DNA of 64,000 nt, from the NCBI GenBank assembly GCA_958295805.1, contig OY282373.1, forward strand, positions 2,705,499 to 2,769,498, written 5' to 3'. Shown here one piece after another: positions 28,372 through 39,160 of this stretch. The translations under genes were made by a program, and so were the position numbers. Numbering within the stretch: the first letter of the stretch is position 1; the number at the start of each line of letters is the position of its first letter. Under the pieces are notes generated by a model. That model worked only from the letters and a program-made list of their open reading frames with translations. It was not told the DNA's origin and did not search any database. Source of the stretch: an uncultured Nitrospirales bacterium (lineage in GTDB: Bacteria; Nitrospirota; Nitrospiria; Nitrospirales; UBA8639).

Positions 28372-30573
28372 TCAGCAATCCGTGTCAAGATAAAGGGCAC
28401 GACATGTTGTGGCATAAAGGTCAAGATATATACGATAACTTGTGATCACTCGCTTGACGTAGCGACGGGTTTCCTTATAAGAAATGAGTTCGACAAATTC
28501 ATCCGGCGCTCGATGGCCGAACTTGGCGACCCACCGTTCGACGGCGTCACGACCGGCATTATACGCGGCGACGGTCTGAATCCAATTCCCTTCATAGGTC
28601 CTGAGCAATTCACCAACGTAGGCCACTCCCAGACGGACGTTGAAATCGCCTTCGAATAAATTCTCCCGATCCACGGAGCCAATGCCTAATTGACGCGCGA
28701 GTCGATCGGCCGTCTTCGGCATTAATTGCATCAATCCCACGGCTCCGACCGGCGACAATGCCGTTGGATTATACAAACTTTCCTCACGGATAATCCCAGC
28801 CACGAGATACGGGTCCACGTGCTGAGACGCGTGGCTCCGTATCGTGTTGACATATCCCGTGGGATACGCCATCTTCCATAACGGAGAATCGGCGGAAATC
28901 TGACGACGGGCGAGTCGATCCCGAAAATGACGTCGGGCGATTTTCAAAGCGGATTCGTAATCTCCGGCTTCCATCATCCGAAGCGCCAACGCATAGAGAA
29001 TCTGAGGACGAGCGCGATAGTGTTTCTTGACCAGCGACAATTCTCCACCGGCTTCCCGGCGAAGCCCGAGCGTCAACAGTTCTTTGGCTTTTTGGAAATG
29101 CACGTTGGTTTGGAGGACAGACGGATCGGGAACGTTCATCGTCTTTGTCCCCCAAGATTCCCGTTGGGCACGTCCACCCGACAGCGGTCCCCGGAGACGG
29201 GATTGCGCCAGTTGGCCATAGTAGGTCATGGGCCAAGCCGCCACGTGCTGATACAACGTCTGAGCCTCACCGTCTCGCCCCATGCGTTCAAGCGTCCGCG
29301 CTTGCCAATAGCGTGCCCGGTTTCTCCAGCTTTGAGCAGGAGAGACGGCCGTGATCGATTCAAAGGAATCAACCGCGTCCTGCCAGACGCCTCGTTGATA
29401 CTGCAACCACCCCAAACGCCATAACGCTTCGACTTTGACCTTCGCATCGCCAGCCGACTGAGCAGCGCGTTCATAGGCGATACGTGCCTCCTGAATCTTG
29501 TTTTCTCCCTCAGCCCATACGCCGTATAACCACTGGATTCGGGCCCGTTCATTCACACCTAAGCCCGGAGGCCCGGCATCGCGAAGTTGCACCAGCAACC
29601 GGCCTTGATCCTGCCGCAAGTACACTTTGGCCAACCACACCGCGGCTTTTCCGGCCACTGCGGAAGCGGTCGTTGACAGTTGATGGAAAATGCGTGCGGC
29701 CTGCGGATACTGCTTCAACCGTACATGGGCCATGCCTAATTGAAAGCGTCTCTTCGTATCACTCGGATTCTCGGCCAAAAACGTCCGCAAATCCTGAATC
29801 ACTTCCTCAAATCGTGCCAAGTCATAAAACGTATCGGCTCGTCGAGCATAGTCCTCCGCCGCGGGCTGCCACTGGAGCGACTCCGACTGGTCTGATTGCA
29901 CGATTTGATTGACACGACGCGCTTCAGGTGATTCAGGATAGTTCCACCAGATTTGACGAAGCCATTTTTGAGCCTCAGACGTCTGTTGCCGTTGAACGGC
30001 ACAATCAGCCAGCACGGACAAAGCCCGAGGTGCGTGAAGAGAATCAGGATCACCTGAAGTGGCTCGTCGCAGGTGATGAGCGGCGTGCGGACAATCCCCG
30101 TCCTCATACCAGGCAAACCCCGCGTGATACAGCGCGTCACGTCTCAAGGCGGACGTGGGGTCAACCTCCAACGCCGCCTCAAACATCAGCGCCGATTCAC
30201 GAGAAGAACCCATCCGTCCCAATGCTTGACCGAGTTTCACGAGCACGTAGTCTTCCAAGAGTGGAAACCCCTGGCGTGCCGCACGCAAATAAGGAAGTGC
30301 CTGCATTGGACCACGTTCGAGAAAGGACCATCCGACTCGAAACCCGGCGCGCCGAGCCCATATCGTTCCCGGATACTCCTCCTGAACACGCCGAAAACGT
30401 TCCACCTGCAAGAGCACCTGCTCGGGGTTCGAATCGGCAAAATCCACGGCTTGACGAAAACAGGCTTCCGCCGATGCGCACCCGCCGTCTGCAACCGCCG
30501 GCATGGCTTGAGCACCGGTCAGAAACAGAAGAATGAGGAAGCTATTCAGACAAACCAGTAAACGAGACGGCAT
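28372..30573 (-). CDS. slt: Soluble lytic murein transglycosylase (Slt70-like: superhelical repeat region plus C-terminal SLT domain)
   Basis: C-terminal SLT motifs (IIREESLYNP, GAVGLMQLMPKTA, AYNAG). Start placed at ATG 30573 (MPSRLLVCLNSFLILLFLTGAQA signal peptide). The track ORF begins at an upstream TTG (30627). Confidence 0.85.
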   Translation of the reverse strand: MPSRLLVCLNSFLILLFLTGAQAMPAVADGGCASAEACFRQAVDFADSNPEQVLLQVERFRRVQEEYPGTIWARRAGFRVGWSFLERGPMQALPYLRAARQGFPLLEDYVLVKLGQALGRMGSSRESALMFEAALEVDPTSALRRDALYHAGFAWYEDGDCPHAAHHLRRATSGDPDSLHAPRALSVLADCAVQRQQTSEAQKWLRQIWWNYPESPEARRVNQIVQSDQSESLQWQPAAEDYARRADTFYDLARFEEVIQDLRTFLAENPSDTKRRFQLGMAHVRLKQYPQAARIFHQLSTTASAVAGKAAVWLAKVYLRQDQGRLLVQLRDAGPPGLGVNERARIQWLYGVWAEGENKIQEARIAYERAAQSAGDAKVKVEALWRLGWLQYQRGVWQDAVDSFESITAVSPAQSWRNRARYWQARTLERMGRDGEAQTLYQHVAAWPMTYYGQLAQSRLRGPLSGGRAQRESWGTKTMNVPDPSVLQTNVHFQKAKELLTLGLRREAGGELSLVKKHYRARPQILYALALRMMEAGDYESALKIARRHFRDRLARRQISADSPLWKMAYPTGYVNTIRSHASQHVDPYLVAGIIREESLYNPTALSPVGAVGLMQLMPKTADRLARQLGIGSVDRENLFEGDFNVRLGVAYVGELLRTYEGNWIQTVAAYNAGRDAVERWVAKFGHRAPDEFVELISYKETRRYVKRVITSYRIYLDLYATTCRALYLDTDC

Positions 30574-30801
30574 CGTTTTCAAAAAATGTTTCAAACCAAA
30601 CGGCTTCGCCCCGTAAGACGTCGTCAAGGGCTTGTGTTCGGGAATGAAGAAGAGTAGGGCAAAAAAGGTACAGGGTTAAGACTCGGCGATTACTTGGTCA
30701 ACAAGTCTTGCAGCTTCTAAAAAGGCTTCAATGAGTTGCAATCCAGAAGAAAAATCGTAGATGAGCTGACTCTTTTTTGCAGAGGAATACATTGAACCTA
30801 T

Positions 30802-30877
30802 TGGGGTGAGTGACGGGTCTCGAACCCGCAGCCTCCTGAGCCACAGTCAGGCGCTCTACCCTTGAGCTACACCCACC
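30802..30877 (-). tRNA. tRNA-His (anticodon GTG), CCA encoded
   Basis: The reverse complement GGTGGGTGTAGCTCAAGGGTAGAGCGCCTGACTGTGGCTCAGGAGGCTGCGGGTTCGAGACCCGTCACTCACCCCA folds as a cloverleaf. Anticodon loop is CTGTGGC, and the extra G(-1) pairs with C73, as expected for tRNA-His. Confidence 0.95.
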
Positions 30878-31117
30878 ACCCACAGAGTTCAAACATCGGA
30901 AGGGTTTTCAGGGTATGGGGAGCAGAGGGTAACAAAAACCCTACCCCGTCGCAAGACAATGTATAATCCCACTTAACCCTCACTCCGGCACTCTCCCGGC
31001 TAGGGAGAGCTTTGCAAAAATCGTCGTTCCTGGAGATGGTCAGTCATTTGCCGACGGAATAAAGGGCTTGCCCACTCGTACCGCTGGCGGCGAGAACCTG
31101 AAACTCCCTCCCATGTT

Positions 31118-32124
31118 CCCCCCGTCATTCCCACCGTCTCGCCCCCGTCATTCCCACCGTCTCGCCCCCATCATTCCCGCCGTCTGCTCCCCATCATTCC
31201 CGCCGTCTGCCTCCGTCATTCCCACCATCTGCCCCCGTCATTCCCGCCATCTGCTCCCCGTCATTCCCACCATCTGCCCCCGTCATTCCCGCCGTCTGCC
31301 CCCGTCATTCCCGCCATCTCGCCCCCTGTCATTCCCGCCATTTCACCTCCTGTCATTCCCGCAGTTTTTAGCGGGAATCCAGGGGAAGAACACGGGACGC
31401 CCGGATCCCCTCACCAGTGCGTGCGGATGGAAAAAGACTCTGGATTCCCGCTTTCGCGAGAATGACAAACGGGAGGCGGACATGACACAAGGAGAGACAC
31501 GGACATGACACGGGGGAGACACGGGCATAACACGGAGGGAGTCCGCGGGAGAGTTCTCCCGCGCCCCCACCGTCTGCTCCCGTCGTCTCGCCCCACCCCG
31601 TCATTCCCGTCGTCTCGCCCCACCCCGTCATTCCTGCCGTCTGCCCACCCCGTCATTCCCGCCATCTGCCCACCCTGTCATTCCCGCCATTTCACCCCCT
31701 GTCATTCCCGCAGTTTTTAGCGGGAATCCAAGGGAAGGGCACGGGACGCCCGGATCCCCTCACCAGCGCGTGCGGATGGGGAAAAGACTCTGGATTCCCG
31801 CTTTCGCGAGAATGACAAACGGGAGGCGGACATGACACAAGGGGAGACACGGGCATAACACGGGGGGAGTCCGCGGGAGAGTTCTCCCGCGCCCCCACCG
31901 TCTGCTCCCGTCGTCTCGCCCCACCCCGTCATTCCTGCCGTCTGCCCACCCCGTCATTCCTGCCGTCTGCCCACCCCGTCATTCCCGCCATCTGCCCACC
32001 CTGTCATTCCCGCCATTTCACCCCCTGTCATTCCCGCAGTTTTTAGCGGGAATCCAGGGGAAGGGCACGGGACGCCCGGATTCTCTCACCAGCGCGTGGC
32101 GGATGGGAAAAAGACTCTGGATTC
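31118..32124. repeat. Higher-order repeat array of the 'gtcattcccgc' family
   Basis: About ten head-to-tail 21-25-nt units (consensus cccgtcattcccgccgtctgcc) at 31118-31350. A ~330-350-nt superunit then recurs, with the hairpin gtcattcccgcagtttttagcgggaatcc at 31352, 31701 and 32027. Each superunit also carries ctggattcccgctttcgcgagaatgac and the 9-bp-stem hairpin cgcgggaga-gt-tctcccgcg. Confidence 0.9.
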
Positions 32125-33155
32125 TCTAAATTCACAAACGAAGTGCAACACCTTGCTAAGGTGTTGTCATGGGCACCCACTATCACCACCTCACCCTGGA
32201 AGACCGATGTGACATGGCCCGACTATACGCCGCCGGGCGCTCGCTCCGGCAAATCGCGGCAGCTTTGGATCGCCCGCCATCAACCGTGGCTCGCGAAATG
32301 AAGCGCAATCGCTCCCGCACCGAGGGCTACCAGCCCCGCTATGCCGAGCAGCAGGCCCGCGCCCGCCGGTGGCGCGGGGCCAAGCTGGATCGCGATGCCC
32401 CCCTCCGCACCACAGTCCTCACCCACCTCCAACAGGGCTGGACCCCCGAGCAAGTCGCAGGCCGCCTCGCCCGCGACGCCGGGCGCCCCGTCCTCTCGCA
32501 CGAAACCATCTACCGCTTCCTCTACGCTCAGATCACCCGGACGAAAACCTATGCCTGGCGCCACTATCTCCCTCACGCCAAAGCCACCCGCGGCCGCCGA
32601 CGCACACGTCGCAGCCCCGCCGCCTTGATGGCTCACCGCCGCCCCCTCGCCGACCGCCCCGCCGCCGCCGCTGACCGCCAGACCCCGGGCCACTGGGAAG
32701 CCGATCTGATGCTCTTCCGCACCTACGGCCAAGCCGTCCTCACTCTCCACGAACGCACCTCCCGCCTTCTCCTCGCCGTGCGCCCCCCGGGCAAAGCCGC
32801 CGCTCCCATCGCCCATGCCCTCACCCACCTCCTCACGCCCGTGCCCCCTCACGGCCGCCAGACCGTCACCTTCGACAATGGGACGGAATTCGCCTATCAT
32901 CACCGCCTCCATGCTCTCGGCATCGAGACCTTCTTCTGTGACCTTTACGCCCCCTGGCAGAAAGGCGGCGTCGAGAACGCCATCGGCCGCCTGCGTCGCA
33001 CCCTGCCCCGTAAAACCGACTTGGCGACTCTGTCCGACCAGCGGTTTCATCACCTAGTCCACGCTTACAACCACACCCCGCGGAAATGCCTCGGGTATGC
33101 CACCCCCGCGGAGATTTTTATCCACCAAGTGTTGCACTTGAAATGTGAATCCACA
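32125..33155 (+). mobile_element. IS30-family insertion sequence (~1.03 kb)
   Basis: Imperfect ~27-bp terminal inverted repeats: left tctaaattcacaaacgaagtgcaacac, right end reverse complement tgtggattcacatttcaagtgcaacac. Flanking ttc duplication (32122-32124 and 33156-33158). Removing the element restores gactctggattcccgctttcgcgagaatgac, which is intact in the two upstream superunits. Confidence 0.85.
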
Positions 33156-33176
33156 TTCCCGCTTTCGCGAGAATGA
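32169..33176 (+). CDS. IS30-family DDE transposase
   Basis: 335 aa with an N-terminal HTH (GRSLRQIAAALDRPPSTVAREMKRN) and DDE region motifs GHWEADL, DNGTEF, PWQKGGVEN. The stop codon lies 21 nt beyond the right inverted repeat. Confidence 0.9.
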   Translation: MGTHYHHLTLEDRCDMARLYAAGRSLRQIAAALDRPPSTVAREMKRNRSRTEGYQPRYAEQQARARRWRGAKLDRDAPLRTTVLTHLQQGWTPEQVAGRLARDAGRPVLSHETIYRFLYAQITRTKTYAWRHYLPHAKATRGRRRTRRSPAALMAHRRPLADRPAAAADRQTPGHWEADLMLFRTYGQAVLTLHERTSRLLLAVRPPGKAAAPIAHALTHLLTPVPPHGRQTVTFDNGTEFAYHHRLHALGIETFFCDLYAPWQKGGVENAIGRLRRTLPRKTDLATLSDQRFHHLVHAYNHTPRKCLGYATPAEIFIHQVLHLKCESTFPLSRE

Positions 33177-33310
33177 CAAACGGGAGGCGGACATGACACA
33201 AGAGAAGGAACGGGCATGACAGAGGAGAGACACGGGCATGACTCTACGGTGCAAGTGGGACGATTGGCGTGGTGCTGGATTCCTGGTTGCACGGGCATGA
33301 CACAGGGAGT
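33156..33310. repeat. Remainder of the third repeat superunit, displaced by the IS30 element
   Basis: ttcccgctttcgcgagaatgacaaacgggaggcggacatgacacaag... continues the sequence interrupted at 32124. Confidence 0.8.
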
Positions 33311-33377
33311 GAGGAGAAATTTAGTTCGGCCTGTGCCCTGATGATTTTCCCTCCATCAGTCGAATGTGCTCATCCGG

Positions 33378-34124
33378 TCATGCACTCCGTTGAAGGCGCC
33401 GGGCAAACGCCGTCTGCATCTCGTCCACAATCGCGTGAGCTGCCGCACAGGGATCCGGGGCATCCCGAATCGGCCGGCCGACCACGACGTAATCGGCTCC
33501 GGATTCAATCGCCTGGTAAGGCGTGGTGGCGCGGGCATGATCGTCAACTCCTGCCCCGGCGGGCCGGACGCCGGGCGTGACAATCAAAAATGGGAAAGGG
33601 ATTTCCGATCGGATGGTCCTGGATTCCTGCCCCGAGGCAATGACCCCGTCACACCCTGATTGAGACGCCATTCTTGCGCGAGCCGCCACGAGGCGTTCGA
33701 CGCTCCAGGTGGAACCACATTCCTCCAGATCCGACCGATCAAAACTGGTCAACACCGTAACCCCGAGGATTTTCATCTCCGGATTGACGGCCCGTCCTCG
33801 CACGGCCGCGGCCATGGTCTTCCGGTGAGCATGCACGGTGATGAAGGACACGCCCAAGTCTGCGACGCTCGCGGTTGTCCGTTGGACCGTCTCGTCAATA
33901 TCCAGAAATTTCAAGTCGAGAAACACGGGCTTCCCCCGATCCTGAGCCAGACGGATGATCGCCGGTCCTTCGCGCGTAAAGAGTTCCAAGCCGATTTTCA
34001 CCACCCCGACCGACGAATGAACGCGATCAAGCAACGCTTCCGCGGCCGCAGCCGTGGACACGTCCAAGGCAAAAATGAGTCGCTCTTTGGCTTGAATCCC
34101 CAACCCTAGGTGATTCCCGTCCAT
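33378..34124 (-). CDS. pyrF: Orotidine 5'-phosphate decarboxylase
   Basis: 248 aa with LIFALDV, VKIGLELF and FLDLKFLDI motifs of type-1 OMP decarboxylase. Confidence 0.9.
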   Translation of the reverse strand: MDGNHLGLGIQAKERLIFALDVSTAAAAEALLDRVHSSVGVVKIGLELFTREGPAIIRLAQDRGKPVFLDLKFLDIDETVQRTTASVADLGVSFITVHAHRKTMAAAVRGRAVNPEMKILGVTVLTSFDRSDLEECGSTWSVERLVAARARMASQSGCDGVIASGQESRTIRSEIPFPFLIVTPGVRPAGAGVDDHARATTPYQAIESGADYVVVGRPIRDAPDPCAAAHAIVDEMQTAFARRLQRSA

Positions 34125-34204
34125 GCTTGCATCTTTTCCATTGACCGGTTATAAGGGGCCATGCTATCAATGACACCCTATTGAGAAAGGATCGAAGACA
34201 CACT

Positions 34205-34477
34205 ATGGCCGTTGTTCATAAATCAGCCATCAAACGAGCCCGACAGGCAGAAAAGCGTCACCACCGAAACCGTGTGATTCTGCACGGCACCAAAACCGTC
34301 GTCAAAAAGTTCAAAGCCACGATCCAGCAACAAGACGCGCAATCGGCTCAAACCCTTCTCCGGGAAGCCACTTCAGCCTTGCACAAAGCCGTGACCAAAG
34401 GGACGCTCCATCGGAACACCGCTTCCCGACGGATTTCTCAACTCGCGACCCAACTCAACCGGCTCGCAGCGAAATAA
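34205..34477 (+). CDS. rpsT: 30S ribosomal protein S20
   Basis: MAVVHKSAIKRARQAEKRHHRNR... The start is ATG 34205, not the upstream TTG at 34181. Confidence 0.93.
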   Translation: MAVVHKSAIKRARQAEKRHHRNRVILHGTKTVVKKFKATIQQQDAQSAQTLLREATSALHKAVTKGTLHRNTASRRISQLATQLNRLAAK

Positions 34478-34510
34478 TCCGACATCGACGTTCTCTTCGT
34501 CCTCCCACGT

Positions 34511-35614
34511 TCAATGAGGAGTACCAGAGCTTCGCCCTCCCTGCGCAGAGGCAGGGCCGTGCCTCACGGCGCCCTGTGCCGATCGACACAAGTCGAAGAT
34601 TAAGACACGCATGATGCACTGAGGCGAGCCGGCGGCTCCACCTTTCAGCGAACGATCCGTTTGAGAAAACAGGGCAAAGGCTTCTGGAAAATGTGACAGA
34701 GGGATCCGTTTGATTCCGGCAAAGAACGCCCTTTGCCGAAACGGCGGGATCCCCAAGGATTTGCCCACCACGGCCTCACCGACTCCACGACTGAGGCCGT
34801 CCTTGGCCTTCCAAAGCCGACGGTACTGCCACAGCAACGCCCCAAGAATTTGAAGTGGAGCCTGGCCCGTTTCCAAATTCTTCTCCAAAATGTTGAGGGC
34901 TCTGGAATAATCGGCTTGCATAATGGTTCCCGCCAAGTCAAACACCGAGGCACCGGGCTCCATGCCTTGGACGGCTAAGACGTCCTGAGCTTTGACCGTT
35001 TCTCCCCGTGGCAAATACAGGGCCAACTTCTCTAATTCCCGCCGGACCCTGTACAACCCCTCACCGGCCATGTCTTTCAACAGACCAGCCGCTTCAGGAT
35101 CAAGACGAAGGCTCAAGCGCGCGGCTTCCTGACGAACCCAACCCACTGGTTGATTGTCGCGCAAGGGAGCACAATCCACCACCACCGCCTGCTTTTTCAA
35201 CGCTTGGACCCACTTCATCCGACCGTCCAGTTTTGCCGCGGAAACGATCAGGGTCGTGGAATCGGAAGGCGAGGAAAAGTACGGAACGAGTCTTTCGCCT
35301 TCTCGGGCCGGAAGTTTGTCCGCCCATTTAAGCAGCACGACTTGATGCGTGGCCAGAAACGGCATTTCCTGGACACACGCCAGAAGTTCCTGTGCATTGG
35401 TTTCGTCCCCATACAGCACGTGAAAGGCAAAGAGATCGGCGTCGGGGGTTTGGGTCATCCTGGCGTCGCTCATGCTCGCGTCCGTTGAACCGGCCGAGCC
35501 GTCGCGTCGAATCTTCTCAATGGCTTGATCGCGCAGACAGTCTTCTTCTCCAAGGAGCAGATACACCCCCTTCCCTTGGAAGGACGAGCCGCGTTCGCGA
35601 GGCTTGCTCACCAT
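34511..35614 (-). CDS. holA: DNA polymerase III subunit delta
   Basis: 367 aa with a YLLLGEEDCL N-terminus typical of HolA. Canonical leuS-lptE-holA synteny. Confidence 0.8.
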   Translation of the reverse strand: MVSKPRERGSSFQGKGVYLLLGEEDCLRDQAIEKIRRDGSAGSTDASMSDARMTQTPDADLFAFHVLYGDETNAQELLACVQEMPFLATHQVVLLKWADKLPAREGERLVPYFSSPSDSTTLIVSAAKLDGRMKWVQALKKQAVVVDCAPLRDNQPVGWVRQEAARLSLRLDPEAAGLLKDMAGEGLYRVRRELEKLALYLPRGETVKAQDVLAVQGMEPGASVFDLAGTIMQADYSRALNILEKNLETGQAPLQILGALLWQYRRLWKAKDGLSRGVGEAVVGKSLGIPPFRQRAFFAGIKRIPLSHFPEAFALFSQTDRSLKGGAAGSPQCIMRVLIFDLCRSAQGAVRHGPASAQGGRSSGTPH

Positions 35615-35644
35615 GGTATCTCCCCAATACGTCCCCTTGACGGA

Positions 35645-36310
35645 TTACACAACGGGGGCCGCCGAACGTTCACGCAGGCTGGTTGAGGGAGGATCCGGAG
35701 AGGCTTGGGATTGAGTCGAAGAGAACGTCCCTTGATCCCAGGCGTGCCAAAATGCCGCGGCCAACCGTTCCATGGCTTCTTGTCCGGCCTGCTCCAGGGC
35801 CCGGTCTTGCAGGACTTGATTGAACTGAATGACGTCCTGGCTCCCCTCAACGTCGGCGGCGCGATTCACAAAAAACTCTCCGGTGCCCGTCGCCGTTTTC
35901 TTCCACAGCACGTTGCTCGTCGATCGATGTTCCACCGTGACGCGCACTACCGCCTGCACGCGACTTTCCCGTATCTGGGCAGTGGAAAACGTCAGGGAAG
36001 GGACCGTCACCGAGACGATCTCCCCCTTTATCACATAATCGGCTTGGGCCACCTCAGCCACGACTTGCGCTCCACTGCTGACGGTAAATTCCTGCCGCAT
36101 ATAGTCGGTATAGGCGGATTCCAGGTTGCGGTAGAACGTCCGGTTCGCCACGTCCTGAATGGCTAATCGGACCGACGGCCCTTCAGCCCGTTGTACGGAA
36201 CCGCCCCCGATTCGCGGACCGGGTCCTTCCACTGAAAATCGGTAGCCGCACCCGATAAGGGAAGCGAGCACCATCAAGACCACGAGGAGAGACGAGAGCA
36301 ATCTGTTCAT
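35645..36310 (-). CDS. lptE: LptE-like outer-membrane lipoprotein
   Basis: Start at ATG 36310 gives MNRLLSSLLVVLMVLASLIGC with a lipobox cysteine. Its position between leuS and holA supports the name; sequence similarity was not verifiable by eye. Confidence 0.6.
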   Translation of the reverse strand: MNRLLSSLLVVLMVLASLIGCGYRFSVEGPGPRIGGGSVQRAEGPSVRLAIQDVANRTFYRNLESAYTDYMRQEFTVSSGAQVVAEVAQADYVIKGEIVSVTVPSLTFSTAQIRESRVQAVVRVTVEHRSTSNVLWKKTATGTGEFFVNRAADVEGSQDVIQFNQVLQDRALEQAGQEAMERLAAAFWHAWDQGTFSSTQSQASPDPPSTSLRERSAAPVV

Positions 36311-36326
36311 CACGTGACTTCCCCTT

Positions 36327-38969
36327 TCAGACGACAAAATTCACCAATTTTTTTTCGACGTAAATCACTTTTCGCGGCGTCGCTCCTTTCAGCCATTCCA
36401 ATACTTTTCCATCGCTGCGCGCGAGATCGAGAACGGCCTCTTCGTTCGCATCGGTCGGCACGCGAATCTTGCTGCGCAACTTGCCGTTCACCTGAAGGGG
36501 GATCGTCATCTCCTCGTGGGTCACGAGATCGGGGTCAAACGTCGGCCACGCCTGATGCGCAAGACTCGGCGCGTTTCCCATCCCTTCCCACAATTCCTCG
36601 GCTACGTGGGGGGCAAACGGCGACAGCAATAAGACAAAAGCTTCGGCCGACGCGCGCGGCAGGGGACCGTCTTTGGTGATGTCCCGCACGAAGACCATCA
36701 ATTTCGCAATAGCGGTATTCAAACTCATTTCCTCAAGGTCCTGCGTCACGCCTTGAACGGTACGAGCGGTAAGTCGCGCTTGCTCCAGCGTTCCACTTCC
36801 TTCCACGATCGGCGCCGGCGACCCGTCTTGTCCGTGGTCACTCGTCAACAGACGATAGGCGCGCTGCAGAAAACGAGACACCCCCGGAATGGATTCCGTG
36901 GACCACGGCGCCCCTTTGTCCAACGGGCCCATGAACATTTCATACAGCCGCATGGCATCGGCGCCGTACTCGGCAATAATGTCATCCGGATTCACCACGT
37001 TCCCCCGGCTCTTGGACATCTTCTCCGTCACTTGTTCCAACGCCAGCCCCTCGATCGTCGGGTGAAGGGGCACGCCTTGTTCGGACCATTTCACGTCTTG
37101 GGAAGGCACCCATCGCGCCTTGAGTTCCTTGCCGGTTTTGTGGTGAACCGGGGAGTCGTGGTTCCACCGCACATCCGAAACGGAATACGATTGTGCCGAA
37201 CATGAAGGATCATCCGAAAGGTTGTTATCAAAGTACCGATAGCTGTGCCCGAGGATCATCCCGGGATTCAGCAATTTTTGAAACGGCTCAGGTGTATGCA
37301 CCAACCCGAGGTCATACAGCACCTTATGCCAGAACCGGGAATACAACAGGTGCAGCACCGCGTGCTCGGCTCCGCCAACGTACAAGTCAACCGGCATCCA
37401 GTGGCGTTCCGCCTCGTTGGACCACGGCTCCCGGGTATTGCGGGGATCGCAAAAGCGAAGGTAATACCAACAGCTTCCGGCCCACTGGGGCATGGTATTG
37501 GTATCACGCAAGGCCTTGCGTCCGGTCCGGGGATCGACGACTGCCATCCACTCGTGGGCACGAGCCAGCGGCGGTTCAAATTCCCCACTCGGTCGAAAGT
37601 CTTCCAACTCCGGGAGCAGCACCGGCAAATCCGATTCAGGCACGAGGGTCGTCGTGCCGTCTTCCAGGTGCATCACGGGAAAGGGCTCTCCCCAATACCG
37701 CTGCCGGCTGAAGAGCCAATCGCGCAATTTATACGTCACGGTCTTTTCGCCCCTGCCGCGTTGTTCCAGCCACTCGGCCATGCGCGTCTTCGCTTCGGGA
37801 GTGGGCAAGCCGTTCAAAAAGTCAGAATTCACGTTTGTGCCGTCACCGATAAACGCTTCGGTGGCACTATCGCCTCCGGATACGACTTCGACAATCGGCA
37901 AGTGAAACCGTTTCGCAAAGGCATAGTCCCGCGTATCATGAGCCGGGACCGCCATAATGGCCCCCGTCCCATAGGTGGCCATCACGTAATCCGCAATCCA
38001 GATCGGGAGGGGCGTGCCCGTGACCGGATGAACGGCATACGCCCCGGTGAAGACCCCGGTCTTCTCCCCCAGCTCGGCGATACGCGCCCGTTCACTCCGA
38101 CGGGACACGTTCTCCACGTAAGTCTCCACCGCCGAACGCTGCTCCGTCGTCGTGATCGCCGACACGATGGCATGCTCCGGAGCGAGGACCATATACGTCG
38201 CCCCGAAGAGGGTGTCGGGACGGGTGGTAAACACCTCAATCATGCGTGGCTCCTGCCCGGAGACCCCAAAGAAGATTTTGGCGCCTTCCGAACGGCCGAC
38301 CCATTCCCGCTGCATCCGCTTGATGGATTCGGGCCAATCCACGAGATCAAGGTCTTCAATCAACCGCTCGGCATAGGCCGTAATCCGAAGCATCCACTGC
38401 CGCATGGGCATCCGCACCACCGGATGCCCGCCTCGTTCACTCTTCCCATCAATGACTTCTTCATTGGCCAGCACCGTTCCCAACGCCGGGCACCAATTCA
38501 CCGGCACCTCGGCTAAATACGCCAACCCTTTTTCATAGAGTTTGCAAAAGATCCACTGCGTCCACCGCACGTATTGCGGATCGGTGGTATCGATTTCCCG
38601 TGACCAGTCGTAGTCCATCCCCAAGGCCTGGAATTGGCGTTTGAAGGTTTCCACGTTCCGTCTCGTGGTGTCTCGCGGATGGGTGCCGGTTTCAATCGCG
38701 TATTGTTCGGCCGGCAGGCCGAAGGCGTCCCACCCCATCGGGTGCAGGACGTTAAAGCCGCGCATCCGTTTATAGCGAGCCATGATATCCGTGGCGATGT
38801 AGCCCTTGGGGTGCCCCACGTGGAGTCCGGCCCCGGACGGATACGGGAACATGTCCAGCACGTAAAATTTGGGTTTGGTGGAGTCGACGTCGGAACGAAA
38901 CGTCTGATGCTCACGCCAGTAGGCTTGCCACTTTTTTTCGATAGCCTGGTGATCGTACAGTTTGGCCAT
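36327..38969 (-). CDS. leuS: Leucine--tRNA ligase
   Basis: Start set at ATG 38969 ([18 protein letters not shown]). HVGH-type ([10 protein letters not shown]) and KMSKS ([10 protein letters not shown]) class I signatures. The 998-aa track ORF is an upstream extension. Confidence 0.97.
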   Translation of the reverse strand: MAKLYDHQAIEKKWQAYWREHQTFRSDVDSTKPKFYVLDMFPYPSGAGLHVGHPKGYIATDIMARYKRMRGFNVLHPMGWDAFGLPAEQYAIETGTHPRDTTRRNVETFKRQFQALGMDYDWSREIDTTDPQYVRWTQWIFCKLYEKGLAYLAEVPVNWCPALGTVLANEEVIDGKSERGGHPVVRMPMRQWMLRITAYAERLIEDLDLVDWPESIKRMQREWVGRSEGAKIFFGVSGQEPRMIEVFTTRPDTLFGATYMVLAPEHAIVSAITTTEQRSAVETYVENVSRRSERARIAELGEKTGVFTGAYAVHPVTGTPLPIWIADYVMATYGTGAIMAVPAHDTRDYAFAKRFHLPIVEVVSGGDSATEAFIGDGTNVNSDFLNGLPTPEAKTRMAEWLEQRGRGEKTVTYKLRDWLFSRQRYWGEPFPVMHLEDGTTTLVPESDLPVLLPELEDFRPSGEFEPPLARAHEWMAVVDPRTGRKALRDTNTMPQWAGSCWYYLRFCDPRNTREPWSNEAERHWMPVDLYVGGAEHAVLHLLYSRFWHKVLYDLGLVHTPEPFQKLLNPGMILGHSYRYFDNNLSDDPSCSAQSYSVSDVRWNHDSPVHHKTGKELKARWVPSQDVKWSEQGVPLHPTIEGLALEQVTEKMSKSRGNVVNPDDIIAEYGADAMRLYEMFMGPLDKGAPWSTESIPGVSRFLQRAYRLLTSDHGQDGSPAPIVEGSGTLEQARLTARTVQGVTQDLEEMSLNTAIAKLMVFVRDITKDGPLPRASAEAFVLLLSPFAPHVAEELWEGMGNAPSLAHQAWPTFDPDLVTHEEMTIPLQVNGKLRSKIRVPTDANEEAVLDLARSDGKVLEWLKGATPRKVIYVEKKLVNFVV

Positions 38970-39160
38970 GGGCTGGAGACGCGCTGGTTGGGTCAGGCTC
39001 GCTTCGAAGAAACCGGATGAGCAGAAAATGTACCACAGGGATGGACGGCCGACAAGATAATCGTTGAGTGAACGCCCACGCTTGGCAGATTGCCGATTTT
39101 GTATGATGTTCCGCTCTTTGAGTCCAAACGAACGCCATTGCCACACCGTGCGACAGACTG

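Noticed and set aside
30676-30792. 38-aa minus-strand ORF (MYSSAKKSQLIYDF...) immediately downstream of tRNA-His
   Set aside because: It is too short, has no RBS and no recognisable family. It cannot be supported from sequence alone.
31068-31957. Several 65-146-aa proline/arginine-rich ORFs on both strands (for example 31068..31508, 31368..31631, 31717..31932)
   Set aside because: They are translations of the tandem repeat, giving periodic peptides such as SFPPSRP and RESGNPE. They have no RBS and overlap each other in multiple frames.
31118-32124. Regularly spaced short repeats that could be mistaken for a CRISPR array
   Set aside because: The units are directly adjacent with no unique spacers, vary in length (21-25 nt) and are nested in a larger repeat. 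No cas genes are present in the window.
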